IMG/VR virus record: IMGVR_UViG_2734482549_000013
Direction: 5' to 3' (one strand)
Source of the DNA: a virus
Taxonomy: Duplodnaviria > Heunggongvirae > Uroviricota > Caudoviricetes
Length of the DNA stretch: 45,259 bases
Notes under the pieces: generated by a model
The model's input: the letters and a program-made list of their open reading frames with translations, nothing else
Told to the model about the DNA's origin: nothing
Databases searched by the model: none
Part shown: one piece after another, positions 1-9,795 of the stretch
Numbering within the stretch: the stretch's first letter is position 1
Layout of the letters: every line of letters begins with the position of its first letter
Made by a program: the position numbers and the translations under genes

Positions 1-1236
1 CTACGATAACCGCGCATTCAACATGGCTACCTGTTCGTCGTTCATGTCATCAATCCACATACCGTAAATTTCATACACCATCTGCGCAGTTTCATGCCCC
101 ATCTGGCTGGCTATAAACGCCGGGTTCGCTCCTGCCGTCAACAGCCAGCAGGCAAAAGTATGCCGCGTATGGTACGGATTACGGCGGCGAATACCAGCAC
201 GTTTTACTGCTGCATTCCATCTCGCACCCAAACTGCTTACCGAGTAATAAGGTTTCTGTTTTCCGTTACACACTCTGGGCATGAAAACAAAATGCAGTTT
301 TTGCTTTTCGGTTCTGCCGTACTCCCGATGATAAAAAGTGATTTCGCTTTTGCGATGATGCCCGGTCAGTTTGTATTGCTCCTTCAGTGCTTCAAGAGCA
401 GGCTGCAGTAGTGTTACCGTCCGGATCCCCGCATTTGTTTTTGGGGGACCGAACATATCCAGTATCGTCAGGTTTCTTCTGACATTCACAACTCCCTTCT
501 CGAAATCCACATCCTCCCACGCCAGAGCAGCCAGTTCCCCGTGACGAAGCCCGGAGTATACGGCAAATTTCCACAAGTTCTGGCTCTGTCCTTTTTCACT
601 TTCCATTAATGCATTGAATTCTGTTTTAGATAACGGGTCAGGCTTTATTCTGTTTCTCTGTAATTTCTTTACTCCTTCAAATGGTTTGGTTGATATAAAT
701 CCCGACTGATACGCAAAACGTAACAACGAACAGAGCAGGGCGATATAGTTATCAACTGTGCGCACGGTTCTTCCTTTTTTGTTGGATCTTGGATTATCCA
801 GGTAAAGCGTTTCTCCATGCAGCAGTTCATTCCGGTAGTTTAAGATATCGCTATAACGAATATGCGATATCGGAGTACTCTCACAAATTATTATCCTGAG
901 TGTTTTTAATTGTGATTTCGTTTTCTTCATTGTGTTTGTTGTTAACTCTGTTTCTTTAATTTTTGTCCAGATATCACAAAGCTCCCCGAACGTTTTTATG
1001 ACCCTCGTTGTCACCATTTTTGCCCCAGTGCTGGACTGGGGAAAACGTCTTAAATACTCAAACTCACCGGAATTGATTTCATGAACTATCAACGCTCTTA
1101 AATTCCCGGCTTTTTTAATGTTACTGTTAGTAACCTCCCAGCCTTTCAATGTTTCCCGACATCGTTTTCCTCGAAACATGAACCAGATGCGAATGTATTT
1201 ACCTCGAATCTCGACACCTGTTGGTAATTTAGACAT
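1..1236 (-). CDS. intR: Tyrosine-type site-specific integrase, 411 aa, complete; window begins at its stop codon
   Basis: Full-length minus-strand ORF; N-terminus MSKLPTGVEIRGKYIRIWF and C-terminal catalytic region (HTRHTFACWLL ... YEIYGMW) recalled as Rac IntR-like; followed by xis-like and recET genes. Confidence 0.9.
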   Translation of the reverse strand: MSKLPTGVEIRGKYIRIWFMFRGKRCRETLKGWEVTNSNIKKAGNLRALIVHEINSGEFEYLRRFPQSSTGAKMVTTRVIKTFGELCDIWTKIKETELTTNTMKKTKSQLKTLRIIICESTPISHIRYSDILNYRNELLHGETLYLDNPRSNKKGRTVRTVDNYIALLCSLLRFAYQSGFISTKPFEGVKKLQRNRIKPDPLSKTEFNALMESEKGQSQNLWKFAVYSGLRHGELAALAWEDVDFEKGVVNVRRNLTILDMFGPPKTNAGIRTVTLLQPALEALKEQYKLTGHHRKSEITFYHREYGRTEKQKLHFVFMPRVCNGKQKPYYSVSSLGARWNAAVKRAGIRRRNPYHTRHTFACWLLTAGANPAFIASQMGHETAQMVYEIYGMWIDDMNDEQVAMLNARLS

Positions 1237-1237
1237 A

Positions 1238-1453
1238 TCATGAGTCTTTGATAAACTGATTTATCTTTGGATAGTTATACCAGATAATCCCTCGCTTACT
1301 GTCTGGCTTCCCTAAAGGAGATACTCGTTTGAAGTGGAAGCCTTCCACCCAACAGTTCTGGCGGTATGCTTCAATTTGTCTGGCCCCCAGACCAGTGCGA
1401 AGCATCAGGCCGTATTCAACCATCCACTCTTCATTAAAGATTACTTGTGCCAT
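1238..1453 (-). CDS. xisR: Excisionase-like small protein, 71 aa from [10 protein letters not shown]
   Basis: Small ORF immediately upstream of int on the same strand; sequence recalled as Rac YdaQ/XisR; start chosen at internal Met of the 79-aa track ORF. Confidence 0.7.
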   Translation of the reverse strand: MAQVIFNEEWMVEYGLMLRTGLGARQIEAYRQNCWVEGFHFKRVSPLGKPDSKRGIIWYNYPKINQFIKDS

Positions 1454-1552
1454 CGCATCACCTCTGGCAGGCGCCAATGTTAGACTTAAATTGACGCCCG
1501 ATGTTGATTATTAATAATCAGCTATGAAGTTTTAATTTGAATACAATGCAAT

Positions 1553-1741
1553 TCACGAGGACTGAAGTTTCTCGCAATTAAAATTTATCAGTTTTACTTT
1601 CTGCTCTCTGGAAACGCCTGCTTCTTTTTTACCTGAGAGCATTTTTTCGCATTCTGATTTCGTTAGTTTAGATTTTGAATATCTTGTCCAGTTAGTAGGA
1701 GTGCCACCTTCCTTTTCAATAGTGGCGGTAATTTTATACAT
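1553..1741 (-). CDS. ydaC: Rac prophage small protein YdaC-like (start MYKITATIEKEGG; upstream in-frame starts at 1753 or 1813 possible)
   Basis: Track ORF 1553..1813; GGAGG Shine-Dalgarno 5 nt upstream of ATG at 1741; position between xis and ralR. Confidence 0.55.
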   Translation of the reverse strand: MYKITATIEKEGGTPTNWTRYSKSKLTKSECEKMLSGKKEAGVSREQKVKLINFNCEKLQSS

Positions 1742-1778
1742 GAACACCTCCATTATTATTTCCAGTGGTTCGTTTATT

Positions 1779-1928
1779 TCATCGTTCGAGTGCTTCTTTT
1801 TCACTTCCACCATAACCGGTTCGGGATTCGCATCCGTTACACTTCGCTCGGTAATATCCTGAAATGGCTTTCACCGTTACTGATGGACAACCACAAAATG
1901 GACATGGTTTAACATTGTCATATCTCAT
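1779..1928 (-). CDS. ralR: Restriction alleviation protein RalR/Lar, truncated to 49 aa by an in-frame TGA; the frame then continues 14 sense codons to TAA at 1734-1736
   Basis: Manual minus-strand translation: MRYDNVKPCPFCGCPSVTVKAISGYYRAKCNGCESRTGYGGSEKEALER*NKRTTGNNNGGVHV*; Cys-rich zinc-ribbon-like motif; not in ORF track because under 60 aa. Confidence 0.6.
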   Translation of the reverse strand: MRYDNVKPCPFCGCPSVTVKAISGYYRAKCNGCESRTGYGGSEKEALER

Positions 1929-1983
1929 AATTTTTCTCATAAAAATATTTCAAGTTGGCGGTGCATTACACCGCCAGGCTGAA

Positions 1984-2793
1984 TTATTCCTCTGAATTAT
2001 CGATTACACTGTATTCCCCGGTTAATACAGAGGAATCTGCAGGATCGATTGTCAGTGGTTCCTTTTCATCCATTGATACTGCACGCTGGATCTCAATTGA
2101 TACGGGCAGATATTTGAACAGGCGACGAATAGCCGTTTTCTTTGCCATTTCTTCCCAGTGAGTTACCCACGGCCCGTTATTACCAGCTTTACTCTGGCTG
2201 CGCACCAGCTCAATCTGTTTGCGCGTCATAACTTCAAACTGAGTACCTCCGTCTTTCAGTCTTGCGACAGCATAGACGTGGGTAACAGGGGCATCTTCGT
2301 TTTCTCCTGGGCGGTGTATTAACTTTTCATCAAGGCCAAATTCGAAATTAAACTCGTCACCTTCACGGACAACACGGGCTGACAGGCTGGCGATTTGACC
2401 TGAACGGCGAGCCAGATCAATCATGCCGCGATAGCCAATGATTAGCTGAACGTTTTTTTTACCGCTCTTTTCGTTTTTATTACCAAAAGGCAGTAAATAT
2501 GCATGACCGAGGGCGCTACCGGGCTCAAGTCCGAGCTGTGAACACTGTACGATTGCACTGACAAAACTCATAGTGTCACAGTTTCCTAACGCCGGAACTT
2601 TACGAATTTCTGTGGTGGCGATACGGATCATACGTTCAGCCGTCATATGGCGTGGAAGAGCTGCTGCCAGTTGCTCTTTCATTGATGGCTGGTTAATAAA
2701 ACTAATCACGTCGTTATTTTTAATTGCTGCTGGTGCACGGTTTCCCTGAGTTTTTTGCAGATCGGCTTTTGCGATTGGTGGTTGCTTAGTCAT
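1984..2793 (-). CDS. recT: RecT single-strand annealing recombinase, 269 aa from MTKQPPIAK
   Basis: ORF sequence recalled as E. coli RecT; start overlaps recE stop as in the recET operon. Confidence 0.9.
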   Translation of the reverse strand: MTKQPPIAKADLQKTQGNRAPAAIKNNDVISFINQPSMKEQLAAALPRHMTAERMIRIATTEIRKVPALGNCDTMSFVSAIVQCSQLGLEPGSALGHAYLLPFGNKNEKSGKKNVQLIIGYRGMIDLARRSGQIASLSARVVREGDEFNFEFGLDEKLIHRPGENEDAPVTHVYAVARLKDGGTQFEVMTRKQIELVRSQSKAGNNGPWVTHWEEMAKKTAIRRLFKYLPVSIEIQRAVSMDEKEPLTIDPADSSVLTGEYSVIDNSEE

Positions 2794-5386
2794 TTGCATA
2801 TTCCTTAGCCCAGCGGGGCAGTGATAACGTCTTAATAGCTGGCCATTCATCGGTATTGAGGCAGTCAGCCAGGGTTCGCAGATTGCGGTGATATTCCAGC
2901 TGACCTGCCAGTTTTGCTTCTTCGCCCATCATGAAAATTTCAACCGGATAACGTCCGCATTCAATAGTTGTGCTGGCAACCAGAAAAACGAAAGTTGGCT
3001 GCACTCCAAACTGTGCTTCATAACCGTCACTGTAGAATGCATCCTGAACGTGATAGCGGTAGTCGTAATAAGCGGTTTTGAATCGTTGAATATCCGCCGT
3101 AGTTTTCACGTCCATGATCCAGTGAAATTCAGGGATAATTTTGTCCGGACGGCACCGACACAAAATTGCTGTTTCAGGATCTTCCCAGTAAATTGATGAT
3201 TCAGCGTGTCCGGCGCTTTCAACAAGCCATTGCCCCAGCGGCAAAGCCATAACGCTCTGATACATGAGTTCAATTTTCCGGCCTTCTTCGGCAGTGATAA
3301 CCGTTTTTCCTGTGCTTGCGCATTCCCTCAGAAACGCTTTCTCTTCTTCTTTTCCGGAGTTTGTCCGGCGGTTAAATTCAGGTGCTACGATAAAGCGGTT
3401 ACTGAATTCTTCCGGCTCAAGTACCCGGCAGTGGAAAGCGGTTCCTAAATCGAGCGTTTTTGTCTTTGTGGTGTCCACGGGGGCATTTTTACGCCACAAA
3501 TACAGTGCCGGAGTATCAGCAATGTCATCGAGCTGAGACTTACTGACACCGGGACCCGCGTGGTAATTCTCATTCGAAATTCCGTAATAAATACCTGGCT
3601 CTATGTCTTCTACGATTACGGGATCTGCGACTTCGCCAGTTTCATCACTGCAATCGCGATGCGGATCGCTGCCAGCATTCTCATTGTGCGGATGTTCAGC
3701 GCCTTCCATTTCCTCCGGATCATTTTCCTTAGCTTCAACCTGACTCTCTTCATCGAATGTTTCCTGGTATGTTGCGTCGCCCATCACCGCACCACAGTCA
3801 GGGCAGTTATCCCCGCCAGTCTGGCCGCAGGCATTGCAGGCTATTTCCGGTTCCTGTTGCACTACTGGCTCAGGTTGATTCATATCCGGGCTGGTTTTTT
3901 CCGTTTCTGGCTGGTTCTGGTACACACAATCGCGAGTCTGGATCCCCTTTACCCATTTCGGATCGTTCGGGTCGCTAATTCCGTCAACAAATTCACCACG
4001 TGATGCAGCAAGCAATTTATCGGCATCGACAGGATTTTTTGATGGAATGTTTTTCCGGGCTTCATGGAGTTCTGCCCGCAGTTCCTGATATTTCGCATCA
4101 ACAGAATTTACCTGTGACTGAGCATCCAGCGGCTGCGTGTCCTGATGATGTTCAGTTGCGTCCGGTTCCATTGTTTCAGCCTCTCCCTGTTCAACTGCCG
4201 TTGTTCCAGATGGTTGCGGTTTTTCTTCATCATCCTGTTTTCCTTCTTCTGTTACTCGCTGCGGCATCGGGGCAGAGGAGCGACCGCAGGCAATATCCAC
4301 GATTTCCGGATCAGGGTTGGCATGATCGGTTTCAGTCAGTACTTTGTTCAGATATTCAGTGACGTGCGCGGGGATGACCTCGATCCCAATTGGTGCTTCT
4401 TTTACGGACGCAACCACGATGGCGCGGGAATAATCCAGCCCGCCAGGCATGGTGATGAATTTGTCGCGGAAAACAGAAAAGGGCGGTTTATTTTCAGCGA
4501 TAATTTCCTCAATGCGTTTAGCGTGTGCCGGATGAAGGTTATAGATGTCCAGATCCATTGAACGGGCCAGTACGCCAGTGGCTACGTCCCGCGCCAGTGA
4601 CGTCAGATCGTGTACGAAACCTTCGCCGCGATCGGTGAGGTTTCCGCCGCCAGCATTAGCACCGGAAGCCGTGCGAGTGATGTGTGAAACACGATTACCC
4701 TTCATCCACTCTTTTGTCAGCAGTCCTCGATCGGTGTAGTCAGCGTTCAGGTATGCTTCGAAAAAAGCAGTTATCAGTCCCAGGTTTGAATTACCAGGAT
4801 TAGGGAAAACTTTGTCAGTGTCACGAACCAGTTTGTGGAGTTCGCGAATTTCCAGCGGGTCGAGCAGGCTGGTTTTGTGGGAAACAGCCAGGGCAGTAAC
4901 AGCCGGTAGTTCTTCAGCCCGAGCAATGTGTAATGCCTGGAGTCCGTCGCGTGAAACGTGCGTTACCGGTTTTTCGCTGCCGTGTTGAGCAAGCCAACGA
5001 ATGGGCAGTTCCTGGCCAGAAATTGGGAGTAGCATATTCTCCTCAATCTCAGTCATGTCTTCGCCGTTGACGTTGGTATTGCCTTGATAGTGAGCGTTGT
5101 CTGGTGCTGCTCCCGGTTTTAGTTCCCATGTCATGGAGTCTTTGCTGAGTTGATAGCGTTCACTCCAGGTAAAATCGATCTCACCTTCAGCGGGCAGGTC
5201 ATTAACGACAGGAAAATTCGTGGCAACAGCTTTAAAATAGCTGCTCAGTTTTTTACCTGACTTAACGATCAGGTAGTCCAGAGTGGCACAGGTCGATTCA
5301 AAATCGTTGCTTGCCCACAGGACGACGTCAGGTTCACCGGATGATTTTTTCGCTTTCCGTAACAGGAAGAGTGGTTTTGTGCTCAT
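2786..5386 (-). CDS. recE: RecE exonuclease VIII, 866 aa
   Basis: 866-aa minus-strand ORF; N-terminus [30 protein letters not shown] recalled as RecE; directly upstream of recT. Confidence 0.9.
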   Translation of the reverse strand: MSTKPLFLLRKAKKSSGEPDVVLWASNDFESTCATLDYLIVKSGKKLSSYFKAVATNFPVVNDLPAEGEIDFTWSERYQLSKDSMTWELKPGAAPDNAHYQGNTNVNGEDMTEIEENMLLPISGQELPIRWLAQHGSEKPVTHVSRDGLQALHIARAEELPAVTALAVSHKTSLLDPLEIRELHKLVRDTDKVFPNPGNSNLGLITAFFEAYLNADYTDRGLLTKEWMKGNRVSHITRTASGANAGGGNLTDRGEGFVHDLTSLARDVATGVLARSMDLDIYNLHPAHAKRIEEIIAENKPPFSVFRDKFITMPGGLDYSRAIVVASVKEAPIGIEVIPAHVTEYLNKVLTETDHANPDPEIVDIACGRSSAPMPQRVTEEGKQDDEEKPQPSGTTAVEQGEAETMEPDATEHHQDTQPLDAQSQVNSVDAKYQELRAELHEARKNIPSKNPVDADKLLAASRGEFVDGISDPNDPKWVKGIQTRDCVYQNQPETEKTSPDMNQPEPVVQQEPEIACNACGQTGGDNCPDCGAVMGDATYQETFDEESQVEAKENDPEEMEGAEHPHNENAGSDPHRDCSDETGEVADPVIVEDIEPGIYYGISNENYHAGPGVSKSQLDDIADTPALYLWRKNAPVDTTKTKTLDLGTAFHCRVLEPEEFSNRFIVAPEFNRRTNSGKEEEKAFLRECASTGKTVITAEEGRKIELMYQSVMALPLGQWLVESAGHAESSIYWEDPETAILCRCRPDKIIPEFHWIMDVKTTADIQRFKTAYYDYRYHVQDAFYSDGYEAQFGVQPTFVFLVASTTIECGRYPVEIFMMGEEAKLAGQLEYHRNLRTLADCLNTDEWPAIKTLSLPRWAKEYAND

Positions 5387-5487
5387 TGTTTTTTAACCTC
5401 AACTCAGATTAAAATTCGTTTTGTTCAGTGAATGATCTTGCCGGATACACACTGTTCATAGCCTGCGCCATACGCAGGCTATTTCTT

Positions 5488-5763
5488 TCAGATTTCACCT
5501 TTTAATTTCATTGCAATTAGAGTTGCCAGAAATTCGGCTTTTTTTTCTGCGGGCAGATTCTTTCCGATATGCACCAGGCACATTTTTTTGACACCTTCAT
5601 CAAGTGTTTTTACGTTGCCTGATGGACCATCGATATCAACCACAGTGAATGGGGTTTCTTTATTTTCTGTTTTAATTACGTAGCCAATGCGCTTTCCTTC
5701 CAGATTCACCTCGTGAACAATGTCATCGGTAGTTACAACAGTGGCTTCATAATTGGTAATCAT
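5488..5763 (-). CDS. racC: RacC, small Rac prophage protein, 91 aa from MITNYEATVV
   Basis: Sequence recalled as RacC; position upstream of recE. Confidence 0.75.
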   Translation of the reverse strand: MITNYEATVVTTDDIVHEVNLEGKRIGYVIKTENKETPFTVVDIDGPSGNVKTLDEGVKKMCLVHIGKNLPAEKKAEFLATLIAMKLKGEI

Positions 5764-5837
5764 GTTTTTCTCCTTAATTAAGGTTGAGCGAATACCTGCC
5801 ATTTCTGGCATAAATTCAGTTTCGAATAGTCAATTAA

Positions 5838-6014
5838 TTAAAGTTCATGTGCCATCTGGTCTTTTTCGGCACAAGCTTCACTGCAATATTTTCTCGGTTC
5901 GTCTTTTGATAAAATCCCGTGCATGAAGTGAAGCATTCTTTCAATAGCTTTGCTTTCTTCAACGTCTTTTTTGCAAAGGTGGTAAGCACATTTTATTTTC
6001 TTAGTCATCACCAT
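5838..6014 (-). CDS. ydaE: YdaE-like small Cys-rich protein, 58 aa ([58 protein letters not shown])
   Basis: Manual translation; start overlaps kilR stop (ATGGTGATGA); not in ORF track because under 60 aa. Confidence 0.55.
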   Translation of the reverse strand: MVMTKKIKCAYHLCKKDVEESKAIERMLHFMHGILSKDEPRKYCSEACAEKDQMAHEL

Positions 6015-6229
6015 GACTCCGCCTTTACAGGTAAACCATCACGACCGAGGAAGACTTTAATCATGCGGTCAGTAATGCATGTTTTTGTGGTCAGGTTACG
6101 AATATATAGTTTTCGCTTTTTAATATTGTTTGCCGAGGCAATATATGTCCGGCCTTCATGAAGAACATAATCGCCAGGAGTCACACACTGACGTGGTATT
6201 TCATCAGTTCCGAAGTGATGTGCAATCAT
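6008..6229 (-). CDS. kilR: KilR, FtsZ-targeting cell-division inhibitor, 73 aa from [10 protein letters not shown]
   Basis: Sequence recalled as KilR; position between sieB and ydaE. Confidence 0.8.
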   Translation of the reverse strand: MIAHHFGTDEIPRQCVTPGDYVLHEGRTYIASANNIKKRKLYIRNLTTKTCITDRMIKVFLGRDGLPVKAESW

Positions 6230-6670
6230 AATTATCTCCATTTTTACAAATGAACTTTGTTGATGCGGTGCCTGGTGCCTCCAGGTGACTGCAACCAGTT
6301 AACAATTACAGTCGGCTTTCCCACCCAAACCAATAAGGACTAACATGACTTTTAACTGTGCCACGTGCGCTTAGCCGCATTCACCGCATCACAAAATTCA
6401 CTTTAAAAAGGGCGGACATCAGCCGAACTTCAAGAAAAAAACTGATGCCGCCAGGACTACACACAGCAATGTCGTTATTTACAACCGGAGGCGCACTCCC
6501 ACCATTTAAATTTAACAGACAAGACCGACTCTTTATGGATATCGGAAATGCGCCTTCGTGTTGTGCCCGGTTTTATTTCACCACCTCCGGGCTTCGGTGG
6601 TCTCGGCTATACCCCTACAGCGAGAGCTTGTGTTAACATTTCAATACCCTTACAGTTGAGAGTTATTGAT

Positions 6671-7159
6671 ATGTTGGATGTATTTACTCCATTGTTGAAA
6701 CTTTTTGCTAACGAGCCACTCGAAATACTTATGTATACGATTATCATTTTTGGTCTCACTCTCTGGCTGATACCGAAAGAGTTTACTGTCGCATTCAATG
6801 CTTATACTGAAATACCTTGGCTCTTTCAGATTATCGTTTTTGCCTTTTCTTTCGTGGTCGCCATTTCCTTCTCAAGATTGCGAGCACATATTCAAAAGCA
6901 TTATTCATTACTACCAGAGCAACGAGTATTGCTTCGTTTATCTGAGAAAGAAATCGCTGTATTTAAAGATTTCCTTAAAACAGGAAATCTTATTATCACT
7001 TCTCCTTGCCGTAACCCGGTTATGAAAAAATTAGAACGGAAGGGCATCATTCAACATCAGAGTGATAGCGCAAACTGTTCTTATTATCTCGTCACCGAAA
7101 AATACTCCCATTTTATGAAGTTATTCTGGAACAGCAGGAGTAGACGTTTTAATCGTTAG
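6671..7159 (+). CDS. sieB: Superinfection exclusion protein B, 162 aa from MLDVFTPLLK, membrane protein
   Basis: Internal start of track ORF 6548..7159; hydrophobic N-terminal segments; sequence recalled as SieB. Confidence 0.85.
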   Translation: MLDVFTPLLKLFANEPLEILMYTIIIFGLTLWLIPKEFTVAFNAYTEIPWLFQIIVFAFSFVVAISFSRLRAHIQKHYSLLPEQRVLLRLSEKEIAVFKDFLKTGNLIITSPCRNPVMKKLERKGIIQHQSDSANCSYYLVTEKYSHFMKLFWNSRSRRFNR

Positions 7160-7311
7160 CTTACTGTGTGCTTCTCCAACCATCGGCGCGCACCAGTTTC
7201 GGTTTTAAATGTTTTGCTTTTGGTATACGTCATGGCAGTGAACGTTCCATCCTGGTTGGGGAACACGCCGCACACCAGGGATTCGTTGTTGCCGAGGTCG
7301 ATTTTTTGCAT
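7156..7311 (-). CDS. ydaG: YdaG-like small protein, 51 aa (MQKIDLGNNESLVCGVFPNQDGTFTAMTYTKSKTFKTETGARRWLEKHTVS)
   Basis: Manual minus-strand translation; stop overlaps the sieB stop region; not in ORF track. Confidence 0.5.
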   Translation of the reverse strand: MQKIDLGNNESLVCGVFPNQDGTFTAMTYTKSKTFKTETGARRWLEKHTVS

Positions 7312-7321
7312 TTTGCGAATC

Positions 7322-7504
7322 TCACATCTTGTTGCTGTGTATAGCGACTTCTGCCTGCCAGAGATCCCAGTCGTTGCTGCGTAAAGCCTGCACAGCCTGG
7401 TTGTAAGTGATACCGCAACAATCCATCAAATACTGAACTACTTCGTAATGCACCATCTTATCTCTCCCCTTAACGCCGGGTGGCGGAACTGAAACCTGCT
7501 GCAC
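7322..7504 (-). CDS. ydaF: YdaF-like small protein (start uncertain; internal Met at 7456 gives MVHYEVVQYLMDCCGITYNQ...)
   Basis: Track ORF; first gene of the leftward early operon downstream of the racR-distal promoter region. Confidence 0.5.
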   Translation of the reverse strand: MQQVSVPPPGVKGRDKMVHYEVVQYLMDCCGITYNQAVQALRSNDWDLWQAEVAIHSNKM

Positions 7505-7620
7505 TGCAAAATCTGAACCCTGCCGTCATGTTCATACGCCTCGGGCTGGCTACTTAACCCCTGACCACTGCCTGGTAACTCGAAGTATTGCCCTGCGTTC
7601 TGTGGGGCGGGGTGGGTTGG

Positions 7621-7680
7621 TAGGTATATAATGTACTTTGTGTTCATTGATGTAAAGTACTATAAGTACATTTTGTGTGT
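7621..7680. promoter_or_regulatory. Candidate operator/promoter region upstream of ydaF with repeated ATGTACT / AAGTACT / AAGTACA motifs and a TATATAAT stretch
   Basis: Direct reading: ATGTACT at 7631-7637, AAGTACT at 7655-7661, AAGTACA at 7664-7670; same heptamer recurs in the racR-ydaS intergenic region. Confidence 0.35.
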
Positions 7681-7746
7681 AAAAAAATGAGATGGGATAA
7701 AGTGAAGCACAAACCCGGAGGGGGACGCTACCGGATTTATGCTGGT

Positions 7747-8184
7747 TTAAGAGGCTTTTTGTTTTTTCTTTCGTGCTAGCTCTTCGTAAATTGCATTGTA
7801 CTTCTGTTTTTTCTCCTCAAGAGTTTTTAAAAGTTCATCTGTCTCACTGTCAGGGAGCTCGTCCAGAAGGTCAATGATGATTTTTTGTCTTGGATTTAAC
7901 TCCTGATAGAAACGTACCTGTCCACTTTCTTCTGTATCCTCTCCCAAAAGATAGGTTGGTGTTGTTCCAATGAGTGTTGCTAATTCCCTTAATTTCTCTC
8001 GGCGAGGAATTGTTTCGCCATTAAACCATTTGCTAACCGCTTTTGGTGTTAATTTCATTCGACGGGCAATTTCTGCCTGCCTTCCATGTTGTTCATAACC
8101 AGCGTTTTCACAGGCTAGCGCAAGCCTACTGGCGAACTCTTTACGCGCTTTATCTTCATGAACCATAAGTTCAATGATATTCAC
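7747..8184 (-). CDS. racR: Prophage repressor, XRE/cI-like helix-turn-helix protein
   Basis: HTH-like segment GRQAEIARRMKLTPKAVSKWFNG; divergent from ydaS; start could lie further upstream at a non-ATG codon. Confidence 0.8.
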   Translation of the reverse strand: MNIIELMVHEDKARKEFASRLALACENAGYEQHGRQAEIARRMKLTPKAVSKWFNGETIPRREKLRELATLIGTTPTYLLGEDTEESGQVRFYQELNPRQKIIIDLLDELPDSETDELLKTLEEKKQKYNAIYEELARKKKQKAS

Positions 8185-8245
8185 TCTTGAATGTACTGTC
8201 AGTTCTGTTATAGCATGTACTCAAAGTTCACATTGTGAGGGTGAT
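8185..8245. promoter_or_regulatory. racR/ydaS divergent control region with direct repeats and palindromes (candidate operators)
   Basis: ATGTACT at 8191-8197 and 8215-8221; palindrome ACTGTCAGT at 8195-8203; perfect palindrome TCACA-T-TGTGA at 8228-8238. Confidence 0.45.
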
Positions 8246-8500
8246 ATGAACCAGAAAACACTTGAAGATGTAATCAAAACTGTTCGCGTTTCTGTTGTGG
8301 CCGACGTTTGTGGTGTCAGCCAAAGAGCAATCTACAAATGGATGGATAACGGAAAATTGCCTCGCACAGAATATACCGGCGAAACAAATTACGCTGAAAA
8401 AATCGCTCATGCATCAAACGGATTATTTTCTGCTGATGTAATTTTAACTATTGGCAGAAATAAAACTACTACGAAAAAGCTGATGGGAGTTGATTCATGA
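8246..8500 (+). CDS. ydaS: Cro-like HTH protein YdaS (start may be further upstream)
   Basis: HTH-like segment VADVCGVSQRAIYKWMDNGKLP; divergent from repressor; stop overlaps ydaT start (ATGA). Confidence 0.7.
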   Translation: MNQKTLEDVIKTVRVSVVADVCGVSQRAIYKWMDNGKLPRTEYTGETNYAEKIAHASNGLFSADVILTIGRNKTTTKKLMGVDS

Positions 8501-8919
8501 AAATCAAGCATGAGCACATCGAGTCAGTGTTGTTAGCCCTGGCAGCCGAAAAAGGGCAGGCATGGGTAGCCAATGCCATTACTGAAGAATATCTGCGCCA
8601 GGGGGGCGGCGAATTGCCCCTGGTACCAGGCAAGGACTGGAATAATCAGCAGAATATCTATCACCGTTGGTTGAAAGGTGAAACGAAAACGCAAAGAGAA
8701 AAAATTCAGAAGCTGATCCCAGCAATTCTGGCAATCCTTCCGCGCGAGCTGCGTCACCGACTCTGCATCTTCGATACCCTGGAACGCCGTGCATTACTGG
8801 CGGCGCAGGAAGCGTTAAGTACGGCAATTGATGCGCATGATGATGCAGTCCAAGCCGTTTACCGGAAAGCGCATTTCAGCGGCGGCGGGTCTTCCGACGA
8901 TTCTGTCATTGTTCATTAA
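8497..8919 (+). CDS. ydaT: YdaT, 140 aa, co-transcribed with ydaS
   Basis: Sequence recalled as YdaT; overlapping start with ydaS stop. Confidence 0.8.
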   Translation: MKIKHEHIESVLLALAAEKGQAWVANAITEEYLRQGGGELPLVPGKDWNNQQNIYHRWLKGETKTQREKIQKLIPAILAILPRELRHRLCIFDTLERRALLAAQEALSTAIDAHDDAVQAVYRKAHFSGGGSSDDSVIVH

Positions 8920-8931
8920 GCAAAAGTTTCC

Positions 8932-9789
8932 ATGCTGTTTGTGCTTATTCTAAGCCACCGGGCAGCATCATACGGGGCAATTATGGCCGCATTACCATAC
9001 ATGCAACTGTACATAGCTGATTACCTGGCTGACACCATGCATTTGTCAGCAGAGGAGCATGGTGCGTATTTGTTGCTGATGTTCAATTACTGGCAAACAG
9101 GAAAGCCAATACCTAAAAACAGGCTGGCAAAAATTGCCCGTCTGACTAACGAGCGATGGGCTGATGTTGAACCATCCTTGCAGGAGTTTTTTTGCGATAA
9201 CGGCGAGGAATGGGTGCATCTTCGGATTGAGGAAGATCTGGCATCAGTCAGGGAAAAATTAACCAAAAAATCAGCCGCAGGAAAAGCATCTGTTCAGGCC
9301 AGAAGAAGCAGAAAGGAAGCAGATGTTCAAACAAAACAAGAGAGAAATTTAACAGGTGTTCAAACAGATGTTGAAGTGGTGTTTGAACATGATGTCAACA
9401 CAAAGGCAACTAATAAAGATACAGATAAAGATCTAAAAACAGATCCCCCCCTAAATCCCCCCCGGGGGAATCGAGGTGTCAAAAAGTTTGACCCTCTGGA
9501 TATTGCTTTGCCGAACTGGATTTCTGTCTCGCTTTGGCGTGAGTGGGTTGAATTTCGCCAGGCATTGCGAAAACCGATTCGAACGGAGCAGGGCGCTAAC
9601 GGGGCGATACGGGAGCTGGAAAAATTCCGCCAGCAGGGTTTTTCACCTGAGCAGGTGATTCGACACAGCATCGCCAATGAATACCAGGGCTTGTTCGCGC
9701 CGAAAGGTGTTCGACCTGAGACGTTACTCCGACAGGTTAACACCGTCTCGTTACCGGATAGTGCGATCCCGCCAGGCTTCAGGGGGTAA
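8932..9789 (+). CDS. ydaU: Replication initiation-like protein YdaU, 285 aa
   Basis: Position (O-like slot upstream of DnaC-like helicase loader); sequence recalled as YdaU. Confidence 0.75.
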   Translation: MLFVLILSHRAASYGAIMAALPYMQLYIADYLADTMHLSAEEHGAYLLLMFNYWQTGKPIPKNRLAKIARLTNERWADVEPSLQEFFCDNGEEWVHLRIEEDLASVREKLTKKSAAGKASVQARRSRKEADVQTKQERNLTGVQTDVEVVFEHDVNTKATNKDTDKDLKTDPPLNPPRGNRGVKKFDPLDIALPNWISVSLWREWVEFRQALRKPIRTEQGANGAIRELEKFRQQGFSPEQVIRHSIANEYQGLFAPKGVRPETLLRQVNTVSLPDSAIPPGFRG

Positions 9790-9795
9790 CTGACC

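Noticed and set aside
2888-4739. Series of plus-strand ORFs antisense to recE
   Set aside because: Fully contained within the RecE coding region on the opposite strand; no ribosome-binding sites; RecE identity is strong
5919-6161. 80-aa plus-strand ORF overlapping ydaE and kilR
   Set aside because: Antisense to two recognisable minus-strand genes
7438-7647. 69-aa minus-strand ORF overlapping the ydaF start and promoter region
   Set aside because: Overlaps the repeat-rich regulatory region and the ydaF 5' end; no convincing start context
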